From the NCBI RefSeq assembly GCF_006345805.1, contig NW_021835427.1:1-14026 (forward strand): a DNA stretch of 14,026 bases, in the 5' to 3' direction. Positions 1 to 8,664 of the stretch are shown in pieces (the first letter of the stretch is position 1; each line of letters begins with the position of its first letter). This stretch comes from Octopus sinensis. Its lineage: Eukaryota. The notes beneath the pieces are model-generated. The model was given only the letters and a program-made list of their open reading frames with translations, had not been told where the DNA came from and did no database searches. Position numbers and translations under genes: made by a program.

Positions 1-26
1 TCGATTTGTGCGACTAAAGGCGTATA

Positions 27-128
27 AAAATACATGTATATATATATATATGTATGTATTAAATATATAATATGTATATACATGATATTATATATATGTG
101 TGTATGTATGTATATCTAATACATACAT
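27..128. repeat. (TA)n/(TATG)n/(CATA)n low-complexity microsatellite tract
   Basis: Runs of tatatata, tgtatgta and acatacat are directly visible. Confidence 0.85.
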
Positions 129-157
129 TACAAGCTTTTACTTGCATTTCAGTGGTA

Positions 158-223
158 CGTAAATAAACGGCGTAAATAAACGAAAGACGACGTAAATACA
201 CGAAGTTGACGTCTGACGTCAGA
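158..223. promoter_or_regulatory. Candidate cis-regulatory cluster: three forkhead-like CGTAAATA(A/C)ACG repeats plus tandem CRE sites
   Basis: cgtaaataaacg at 158-169 and 171-182, cgtaaatacacg at 191-202; TGACGTC at 207-213 followed by a perfect TGACGTCA at 214-221; locally CpG-rich in an otherwise CpG-poor region. Function is inferred. Confidence 0.35.
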
Positions 224-726
224 TTTCTCTACTTTCACTTCTGACACCCAAAGGCATGACAGTGCCGCTACTCGTCATTCACTTTGTTGCCTCCATCTCT
301 GTACTTTACTCTTTTCTTTTCCAATAAGTCTTGTTCCTTTCGTGAAGTAGAAGACATCTCGTTTTATAAGTAACAAATATTCAATCATGCCACATTCCCT
401 AATACAATAAGCAGAAATGTAACCAAGGAAGGCAACATGTAGTTATTCTACTGTTTACCATACGATATAGCGACTTCCTGTTACACGTATTTGTAAAGAT
501 ATTATGTTTACATTATGAAAAGGAATAGTGGTTACATGATAACATCCGTTGCGCATCATGCATATTTCTATACCGCATACAAATGGCTATGTTTAGTACA
601 TAGCGATACATGCATGCACACAATGCACAGAGAAAGACGCATGTAGGAAAATAGATATAATGTGGGGATTTAAGAGTGTGTAGCGTCAGGAGCATTCATG
701 TGCAGGAAATTGACAGGGGCTGTGTA

Positions 727-890
727 GAAGATTATCCATTACGAACTGATTGAACAGAGCCAAACGGTCAACGTGGAACTCTATGTTCAACGGATGGAAC
801 AACACAACACGGCTATTCAAGAGAAAAGACCTAATCAGTAGCATGGAGCTCCTCTGCATCATGACAACGTCTTCCCTCATATCACCAAAT
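727..890 (+). mobile_element. Short mariner transposase fragment (same family as 1662-2597)
   Basis: Translates as KIIHYELIEQSQTVNVELYVQRMEQHNTAIQEKRPNQ*HGAPLHHDN (mariner HDNA motif); shares caacacggctattcaagagaaaaga with ~2167-2190. Confidence 0.85.
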
Positions 891-892
891 TC

Positions 893-1018
893 AGATAGAG
901 AGAGATTTTTTAAGGAGGTCTGTTTGACTATCTATCTATCTATCTATATATATATTTCTCTCTCTGTTTCACTCTCTCTCTCTCATATATATATATTTAT
1001 ATATATCAATAATAATAA
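893..1018. repeat. Compound microsatellite (GA)/(TATC)/(TA)/(TC)/(AAT)
   Basis: Simple repeats directly visible. Confidence 0.75.
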
Positions 1019-1060
1019 AGGATGAAATTAATTAATCAATTTATAATTTATAAAATTTAT

Positions 1061-1653
1061 AAAACCTGGGACGAGGTGGTGAAGCACGACCTTCGAACTT
1101 TAGGTCTCACTGAGGAAATGACTAGAGACCGAGACCTCTGGAAGTGTGCTGTGCGCGAGAAGACCCGGCAGGACAAGTGAGACCATAACCCGTGGCCTTC
1201 TACATGGGATGGAGCCAGCCTACGTATGCATACCTTCCCTTCTTGGGACACAAAACTCTACTTGTGAAGACCTGTTGAGGCAAGTGAGGATCAGAATCGA
1301 AATCGATCAATGGAAATTGCAGATGTGTTACCAGTGCTGGTGGCATGTAAGAGAACCTTCCGTTTCGCGACCATTGCCAGCGCCGCCCCGACTGGCCTCA
1401 TGCCGGTGGCACATAAAAAGCACCATCCGTTCGTGGCCGTTTGCCAGCTCTGTCTGGCACCTATGCGGGTGGCACATAAAAAGCACCCACTACACTCACG
1501 GAGTGGTTGGCGTTAGGAAGGGCATCCAGCTGTAGAAACACTGCCAGATTTGACTGGGCCTGATGAAGCCTTCTGGCTTCACAGACCCCAGTAGAACCGT
1601 CCAACCCATGCTAGCATGGAAAACGGACGCTAAACGATGATGATGATGATGAT
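1061..1653 (+). mobile_element. 5'-truncated RTE-type LINE: ORF C-terminus, 3' UTR and (GAT)n tail
   Basis: KTWDEVVKHDLRTLGLTEEMTRDRDLWKCAVREKTRQDK* (TGA 1178-1180), an RTE-like ORF end; the 3' UTR has 63-66 bp tandem units and ends in (GAT)n at 1636-1653; it is the reverse complement of 2617-3278. Confidence 0.9.
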
Positions 1654-1661
1654 AATTAATA

Positions 1662-2597
1662 ATCTCGTTCTGGCTATCCAGTTGAGTTCGAGGAAGAGCA
1701 ATTAAACCGACTTTTGCACTAAAATCCTTGTCAAAAGGCAAGGGAACTATGAGAGAAAATGGAATGCTCCCACACTGCTATAGAGAAGCATCTTTATTCG
1801 ATGGAAAGGTGCAGATGTATGGAGGATGGGTTCCGAATGCTTTAAGTGACAACAACAAAAATCAATGAGCCACAATCTCTGCAGGTTTGCTTGCTCATCA
1901 CCGCTCAACTCATGGACAAAAGCAACGATTTATTTACCGAATCATCACAGGCGACAAAATATGGTGCCTGTACATCAAAATGAAGCAGCGGAAAGGAATG
2001 GCTGAGCTCTGGTAAACAAGCGACACTGCACATGAAACAAGATCTCCATCTGCATAAAATGATGTTGTGCGTATGGTCGGACTGGAAGGGGATTATACCT
2101 TACGAATTGCTTGAATGGAACCACATGGTCAATGCAGAATTCTATGTTCAAGAGATGGAACGACTCAACACGGCTATTCAAGAGAAAAGATTTAATCGGC
2201 AGCATGAGTTCTTCTGCTGCACAGCATTGCCCACCCCACATATCGCCAATATGACCAAGGAAGCAATTCAAACGCATGATTGGAAAGTACTGCCACATCC
2301 GCCGTACTCTCCTGATTTTGTACCAACGGATTTCTACCTCTTTCGATCTCTTTCAAATGCTATGCACAGAGTTTCGTTCAGTACTGATACAGAATTGAGA
2401 GCTTAGTTGGATCAATTTTTCGAGTCGAAATCGAGTGATTTCTACCAACAAGGTATTGAAAATCTTTTTGAACATTGGGAAGAAGTTGTAAACAACAAAA
2501 GTGAATACATTATTGATTAATTAGTTGTTATTTAATCATTAAACCTTTTAAACAATTTAAATAAAAAAAAACGGCGGGAACTTAGTTGCCAACCCTA
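1662..2597 (+). mobile_element. 5'-truncated mariner (DD34D-type) transposon with decayed transposase and 3' TIR
   Basis: Motifs RSGYPVEF, WVPNAL (WVPHEL-like), IITGDKIW (TGDEKW-like), MLCVWSDWKGII, HPPYSPDFVPTDFYLFRSL, FYQQGIENL, ending EYIID* (TAA 2518-2520); internal stops and frameshifts; 3' TIR-like aaaaaaacggcgggaacttagttgccaacccta at ~2564-2597. No 5' TIR seen. Confidence 0.93.
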
Positions 2598-2616
2598 TTT
2601 CTATATATATATATAT

Positions 2617-3576
2617 ATCATCATCATCATCATCATTTAACGTCCACTTTCTATGCTAGCATGGGTTGGACGGTTCAACTGGGGTCTGGAAAGCCAGAAG
2701 GCTGCACCAGGCCCAGTCTGATTTGGCAGTGTTTCTACAGCTGAATGCCCTTCCTAACGCCAACCACTCTGTGAATGTAGTGGGTGCTTTTTACGTGCCG
2801 CCGGTACAGGTGCCAGACGATGCTGGCAAACGGCCACGATCGGATGGTGATTTTTACGTGCCACCAGCACGGAGACCAGACGAAGCTGGCAACGGCCACG
2901 AATCGGATGGTGCTTTTTACGTGCCACCGGCACGGAGGCCAGTTAGGGCGGTGCTGGCTATGGCCACGTTCGGATGGTTCTCTTACGTGCCACCAGCACT
3001 GGTATCACAGCTACAAATTCCATTGATGTTGATTGAATACGATTTTGATTTTCACTTGCCTCAACAGGTCTTCACAAGTGGAGCTTTGTGTCCCAAGAAG
3101 GAAAGGAATGCATAAGTGGGCTGGCTACATCCCAGGTAGAGGCCACGGAATTATGGCCTCACTTGTCCTGCCGGGTCTTCTCACGCACAGCATACTTCCA
3201 AAGGTCTCGGTCTCTAGTCATTTCCTCGGTGAAACCTAAAGTTCGAAGGTCGTGCTTCACTACCTCGTCCCAGGTTTTCCTGGGTCTACCTCTTCCACAG
3301 GTTCCCTCAACCGCTAGGGCGTGGCACTGTTTCAAACAACTATCTACATCCATTCTCGCCACATGACCATACCAGTGCAAACGTCTCTCTTGCACACCAC
3401 AACTGATGCTTCTTAGGTCCAACTTTTCTCTCAAAGTACTTACACTCTGTCTAGTATGAACACTGACATTACACATCCATCGGAGCATACTGGCTTCATT
3501 TCTTGCGAGCTTACGCATATCTTCAGCAGTCACCGCCCATGTTTCACTGCCGTGTAGCATGGCTGTTCGTATACAT
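2617..3576 (-). mobile_element. 5'-truncated RTE-type LINE (RT C-terminal region, 3' UTR, (GAT)n tail), same family as 1061-1653
   Basis: ORF 3159..3602(-): IRTAMLHGSETWAVT..EASMLRWMCNVS..RRLHWYGHVARM..RGRGRPRKTWDEVVKHDL, typical of RTE-clade C-termini; (ATC)n at 2617-2636 on the + strand is the tail; adjoins a (TA)n tract. Confidence 0.93.
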
Positions 3577-3619
3577 ATATATGACAATTTTTCCAAGGAC
3601 AATGGTTAAAATTCAAACT

Positions 3620-3859
3620 TGTTTTATTTTATTCTATTTATTCTTTTTATTTATTTTTTACATGCATACATATATAATTCATGTATATTACACATACACA
3701 TACGTATACACACATATACATCTACACATATGTACATACGTATCAAACAATGTACGCTCGTACGGTTAGATATAACTGCATATATGTATTTTAGTACCAT
3801 GCATTTCAACATTTATGCATGGATTACTACTTGTAAATGAGAGAGAGAGAGAGAGAGAG
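3620..3859. repeat. Low-complexity tract: (TTTA)n, (CATA/CA)n and (GA)n
   Basis: Simple repeats directly visible. Confidence 0.75.
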
Positions 3860-3865
3860 GGGTGG

Positions 3866-4190
3866 TTATAGAATGGTCATCCTGAGTGGAATCTGGATGT
3901 TACTCCATTCGGATTTTCGGTTGAGAGTGGGTTTGTATTCTTGTATACAGACAGATTTATTGACCTGTCTCAGCACTGCATCAGTGGGATGTGTGGATAA
4001 AATGTTTAACTTAAGTCTCCCTAAGGAGCCCTTGTGACAGTCTACAGCATGCTGATAGAAGATGGAGTTTGGTTTCTTTTCAATGTAGTTGTCCAGGTGT
4101 TCTTTGAACCTATCATTGATACTCCTAGAAGTTTCACCTATGTATGACTCTGGGTTAGTCTCGCAAGCTCCTTCTTGGCACAATGTTCTT
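3866..4190 (-). pseudogene. GIY-YIG endonuclease domain remnant of the Penelope-like element
   Basis: SYIGETSRSINDRFKEH, QHAVDCH, LRQVNKSVCI (the expected Glu position appears as K), LNRKSEW. Confidence 0.85.
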
Positions 4191-5504
4191 GGTTTTACAG
4201 TTCACATGTGGGTTTGTGGAACATACTGCGCAATTATTTTGACATGGGAATCTATCGAAAGGATATGATCTACACAATACAGATTTGATAGTCCTACCTG
4301 TCTTTTCTACAACCTTGATCTTAAGGCCAGTTGTGTGTAGGATTTCCTTGAATGCCTTACATAATTCGTTCTTAGGTGTGGCATCAACAAACATTACACT
4401 GTGAAATCTCTTGTTATACCAAGTATTGGTCTTATTTCTTTTCTTGGTGTCCCTCTCTAACCTATTCCAGAACTTGTTGCGGTATAGGAACCATACACTG
4501 TTTTCGTCATCACTTAGAATGTGTTTGAATCTTGGTTTTGCTCCTTTGTACACTCTGATTCTCTCATATTGTGTGTATCCGGGGCGTTGCATTCGGAATA
4601 TGAAGTGCTGGATGTGTTGTCGTTCTTGTGGTTGGCATAGTGGAGATATACATTCCTCATTAATCTAACTAAGTCTGCCACCAGGATGTTGAGCTTGTTA
4701 GTACTCGACATCGTTGAGTTACTACGGATTACCAGTGGATTAGCCATAGGTTTACAAGAGTGTGAGTGGAGTAAACAGGATTTAACAGTTCCGTTAACCA
4801 TAGTATTTTCTATCCACAGCTCAGTATCTAGGACAGGTAATCTGTTACTGGGGTGTTTAGAGAGGCAGTCTACGGTAACTTTTATACTGCTATGGATAGA
4901 GTTAGCCATGTGTTGTATAGCTGTCATCACCTGTTCTTCATTTAGTAGAGATTCTATCTCTGTGTCTGTATTATTATTACATTTCACAACAATGTTAATG
5001 TCGTCAATGTATAGAGAGTACATAGCTAAGTGGATGTTACAGGTCACTAGGCACTGTTTAAACTGTCTGTCCCACCATCCAATGAAGAGGTTTGCAACAT
5101 CACCGACGATCCCTACTCCAATAGCACCACTTTCGTCTGTTTATACAGTTTTTTGTTAAACTTAAAAATATGGGTTTTAAGTATAGTTCTAAGGCTGACA
5201 CCGATAGCATGTGCAATAGTAGTTCTGATGTCCTGTGCATCTGAAGGTGGGTAGTCTGCCTCATCAAACCCTGTCAGCGTTCACAATGGGTCTTTTTGTA
5301 TGCTGAGGTAATGGTAGGTGGTCTACCTCGTTTGTTACGGGAAAGACAAGCATATAGAAGATTATTGTGTGACAGATACTCATTGGTGCCAGGAAGAGCC
5401 ATAGTTCATATATGTCCGCATTTTTAAATATATTACTCTCACTAATTATCTTTATACATTTTTCGACAGCAAATTCTATATCAATGGAAGGATATAGTGA
5501 TACC

Positions 5505-5734
5505 TATTTCTTTATTACCCACAAGGGGCTAAACACAGAGGGGACAAACAAGGACAGACATAGGTATTAAGTCGAATACATCGACCCCAGTACGTAACTG
5601 GTACTTAATTTATCGACCCCGAAAGGATGAAAGGTAAAGTTGACCTCGGCGGAATTTGAACTCACAACGTAACGGCAGACGAAATACGCTAAGCATTTCG
5701 CCTGGCGTGCTAACGTTTCTGCCAGCTCGCCGCC
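5505..5734 (-). mobile_element. Full-length tRNA-derived SINE with 12-bp target-site duplication
   Basis: Minus strand starts GGCGGCGAGCTGGCAGAAACG (A-box-like), B-box GTTCAAATTCC (5651-5661), central CCTTTCATCCTTTCGGGGTCGATAAA..AGTACCAG and an A-rich end; flanked by tatagtgatacc (5493-5504) and tacagtgatacc (5736-5747). Confidence 0.92.
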
Positions 5735-6434
5735 TTACAGTGATACCATATCCATGATACCTACGATGTGCTCTCTGAGGTCACATGTGTTGTTGCATTC
5801 GCGGATCCTGCTAAGGAGGTCTTCAGTACTATCACGTAAATCTGCAGATAACTCTATTAAGGGTCTTATGAATTGTGAGAGAAAATATGATATTTTGTGG
5901 TTGTTTGCATTGTTGGCACCACAAACAGGTCGGGTAGGTGGCCCAAGTATATGATCCATGTGGATCTTATGATCTTTTCGAAGGCCATATAGGGGTGGGA
6001 TTTCATTGTTGGTAGTTATGAAATTGTTTGCTGTGCATTCCTCAGACTGGAGAATGATACTCCGCATCCCCATGTGAGCATTGAGGACTTTTTCGTTTTC
6101 AATGTGTGGTTGCATGTTCAAAATGTAATTAGATAAGTTGTCAACAGACATTCTAACTGATTTGTCAGTCGGGAAGCATACAATCTCTTATTTTTTATAT
6201 GATTTTTTAATTTGTTAAGGCCTTTCTTAATTTTGGTGTCAAGATCACGGGTCTTATTTTTTGTTCGTTTTTGTTTATGCCTTTGGGTGTAATTAGAGAA
6301 AGCTGACAGGAGTTTGGATTTAGTAAGGGTAAACTTTGCTGTACTGGAATGAAAACAATTGCAGCATGGAAGGTGTTTATAAGCCATTTAAGAAACACAC
6401 AAAAACCGTTAGATTCACTTTAATATTTAAATTT

Positions 6435-6487
6435 AATTTGTCAAAATATTTTCGTCGCTTTGAGACTGCGACTTCACTGACAAAATT
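6435..6487 (-). ncRNA. Degenerate minimal type-I hammerhead-ribozyme-like fold at the 5' end of the Penelope-like element
   Basis: Minus strand UUUGUCA-GUGAA-GUCGC-agucucaaa-GCGAC-GAAA-AUAUUU-UGACAAA: stem I, stem II, GAAA and palindromic stem III are present, but the CUGANGA box is replaced by GUGAA. Confidence 0.45.
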
Positions 6488-6520
6488 CCGTGCTGCATCT
6501 GAGAAAGTAACAGTTAGTTC

Positions 6521-6786
6521 ATGATATATATGTATGTACGTACGTATGTATGTGTTTATGTATGTATATGTGTACATGTATGTGCGCATGCCTATACGCA
6601 TGTATGTATGTACTTATGTACTTACGTATGTGAGTATTTAGGAGAAATAGACGTGTCTGTGTGTGTGTACATGTGTATGTACTTGCGAACGTATGTTTAT
6701 GTAATATGTGTCAGTTCAATTTGTATACTTGACTGTTACCTTGCCACTCGCTATGCAAGTACATCTCTTTCTCTCTCTCGCTCTCT

Positions 6787-6859
<73 letters not shown>

Positions 6860-6995
6860 CAGATTGTAACATAGATAAATATATAGACAGAAATAGATAG
6901 AGTCAGAAGAAGAATAGACATACCAACTACCAAACACCTAGAAAGATAGACTGCTTGATAGCTCGATAGATATATAGATAAATAGATAGATGCTT
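6521..6995. repeat. Long compound microsatellite: (TATG/TG)n, (TC)n-(TA)n-(GA)n, (TAGA)n
   Basis: Directly visible; (TA)n at ~6790-6827, (GA)n at ~6828-6857. Confidence 0.9.
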
Positions 6996-7461
6996 ATGTT
7001 TTTTTATTGCTACTCATCACTCATTTTGTCCATTTTATGTTTCTCACCTGTACTGCCCTTGTAAAGAATTAGCAAACTGAGCTGTTTGCAATAAAGGCTT
7101 GAATGGATTGAGAGCCATATGATAAACTGGTGAAGGAAGCATGGATTTAAACTCTGCCTTATTAGTTGCTCATTGGTGAAATAGCATAAAAAATATTGTT
7201 TATGGGTAAGATTTCTTAATTAATATCAGTTTCTATATTAGTGTATGCATCTTTAGTGAAATGATGATGAACTCTCTTACAATATGACTATGTGAATTGC
7301 TGAAATTATGGTATATTGTAAATTTCACGAATATTTGAATGACAGGAAAGCTATCCTGTTTCCTAACATGCAGATTTATTTTTCCCAAGTCATTTGATTA
7401 ATTGGTCATGTTTGTAAAACAGGGGAATGCCTCAAATTTTAGAGGAAGTGGTTAATTGATT

Positions 7462-7622
7462 AAATTGATCTTATTACTTGACTTGCACTTTTTTTATCAA
7501 CCATGAAAGGAAGAGAAACAAAGTTAGCCTCAACAGGATTTGAAACTAGAATATAAAGAGCTGGTAGAAATATTGGAAGGTATTTTGCCAACACTCTAAC
7601 AATTGTGCCTCTCCACCATCTT
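7462..7622 (-). mobile_element. Old, diverged copy related to the SINE at 5505-5734
   Basis: tttatcaaccatgaaaggaagagaaacaaagttagcctcaacaggatttgaaact aligns with tttatcgaccccgaaaggatgaaaggtaaagttgacctcggcggaatttgaact (~5609-5662); ends gcctctccaccatctt versus gccagctcgccgcctt; CpGs are decayed. Confidence 0.8.
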
Positions 7623-7850
7623 AAGTTTAATAGAATAAAATCTGTGAATGAATTTTGATGAATTTCTTGTGTAGTTTTAATGAAAGTTGGTCTCACATTG
7701 CTTGCATTTATATCTTTCCTGAGACATGTAAAAGTTTCCATTTGTATAATACTTGGCTGCTTGTCACTTCAAATAAAGAGTATTGAACTGATATTAAAGC
7801 CAAAATTTTCCTTTCGCTACTATTAGGATGTTTTTCATTTTTACTTTCAG

Positions 7851-8182
7851 GGTTAAAAAATGAACGATTACACTTATTGGTTTACTTGCGAACTTTTGTT
7901 TATTTTATATCCTTCTATATGTTGGATATGCAAATTTCACGAAGATTACTCTACTAAACACAATACTTCTAATAAATATAAACTCTGAACAATGTCAACA
8001 ACTTCCATGAACTCCCAATGACTCTCTTTGTCTCAACCAATATGCTAATTTTTTTATAAGAGTTTTGCTAGTCCATTCTTCCAATCCCATAGGGGTGCCA
8101 ATGACTCTCACCACAACAGTTTATACATGTAGACTTTTCTTTATACTTGTTGATTTTACCAAGCAAGAAGCTTCACCTGTAT
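7851..8182 (+). other. Possible host-gene exon (mostly 5' UTR-like; possible start ATG at 8101)
   Basis: Polypyrimidine acceptor tttttcatttttactttcag|G (AG 7849-7850) and donor TAT|GTAAGT (GT 8183-8184) bracket non-repetitive sequence; no recognised protein homology. Confidence 0.3.
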
Positions 8183-8314
8183 GTAAGTACATAATTTTTT
8201 TGTTAAATTAAGTTTTCTGTTAGTTAACCATAGCTGTTTGTAAATTGAACAACTGTTTCTCTGTGTATATTGAACAATTTCCATAAGACATATATGTTTG
8301 CAAATGTAAAATAT

Positions 8315-8612
8315 GTTTGTTTCCCAATACCATGGTTTAGGGTCTAGTTCTACTGTGTGTCATTTTGGGCAAGAGTCTTCGACTATAGGTAGGGACCAAC
8401 AAATGCATTTTTAGTGAAAGTGGTTGATGGGAACTATATGATGCTTATTGCATGTGTGTGTATACACCATATCAATTATGTGATGCATGTTATAGGTAAC
8501 TGTTGACAAAAAGTGCAAAATACTCATTGAAAAATCAAAATAATTTAGAGTAATGTCAAGAAGGGATGTGGAATGGATAGTAAAGGTGTCCCACAGTATT
8601 GCAGCCTGGGCC
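8315..8612 (+). mobile_element. Highly diverged SINE relic (tRNA/CORE-like head)
   Basis: ggtttagggtctagttctactgtgtgtcattttgggcaagagtctt resembles a B-box followed by the CORE-like ccttgggcaagt segment; followed by (TG)n and an aaggtgtcccacagtattgcag end. Recognised by resemblance only. Confidence 0.55.
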
Positions 8613-8664
8613 TATGTGTCATCTTGCTACTGCAAGAGAGTACAGACCATTGAATGTTTGTGAA

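Larger units (their letters stand above)
3866..6520 (-). mobile_element. Decayed Penelope-like retroelement (RT plus C-terminal GIY-YIG endonuclease) with a 5' non-coding pLTR-like segment; interrupted by a SINE
   Basis: Minus-strand order: KKGLNKLK..EIVCFPTDKS (~6230-6150); PPLYGLRKDHK..GPPTRPVCGA..STEDLL (5735-6151 ORF); motif A MDMVSL|YPSID split by a SINE; motif B KLYKQTK/GAIGVGIVGDVANLFIGWWD (~5150-5070); LYIDD and LPVLDTELW (4514-5047 ORF); thumb region and Cys-rich linker CQNNCAVC..C (4155-4592 ORF); GIY-YIG YIGETSRS..RFKEH..RQV..LNRKSEW (3866-4183 ORF). Several frameshifts. Confidence 0.9.

Noticed and set aside
1-22. tcgatttgtgcgactaaaggcg resembles the 3' part of a SINE
   Set aside because: Only 22 bp at the window edge; too short to support a call.
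1146-1535. 129-aa ORF with repeated WHIKST
   Set aside because: Lies in the LINE 3' UTR tandem array; the frame stays open because unit lengths are multiples of 3.
2032-2406. Possible SETMAR-like domesticated transposase gene
   Set aside because: Stops, frameshifts, loss of the HDNA Asp and no SET-domain exon; ordinary mariner relic.
2666-3115. 149-aa ORF with FYVPP repeats, and a CRISPR-like repeat/spacer appearance
   Set aside because: Antisense to the LINE 3' UTR; the 'spacers' are similar to each other, there are no cas genes, and the context is eukaryotic.
4686-5159. 157-aa hydrophobic plus-strand ORF
   Set aside because: Antisense shadow of the Penelope RT region.
5645-5734. tRNA gene suggested by A/B boxes
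   Set aside because: It is the head of a SINE with body, tail and TSD; no proper cloverleaf seen.
6521-6937. ORFs rich in YV/YI/RE/SL dipeptides
   Set aside because: Translations of microsatellites.
7048-7126. Possible minus-strand exon (ttccttcaccag acceptor, CAG|GTGAG donor)
   Set aside because: Short, no recognisable homology, and such site pairs occur by chance; it also conflicts in strand with the stronger candidate at 7851-8182.
7852-8182. Frame interrupted only by two TGA codons, raising a selenoprotein idea
   Set aside because: No selenoprotein-like motif, no start upstream of the TGAs and no SECIS recognised.
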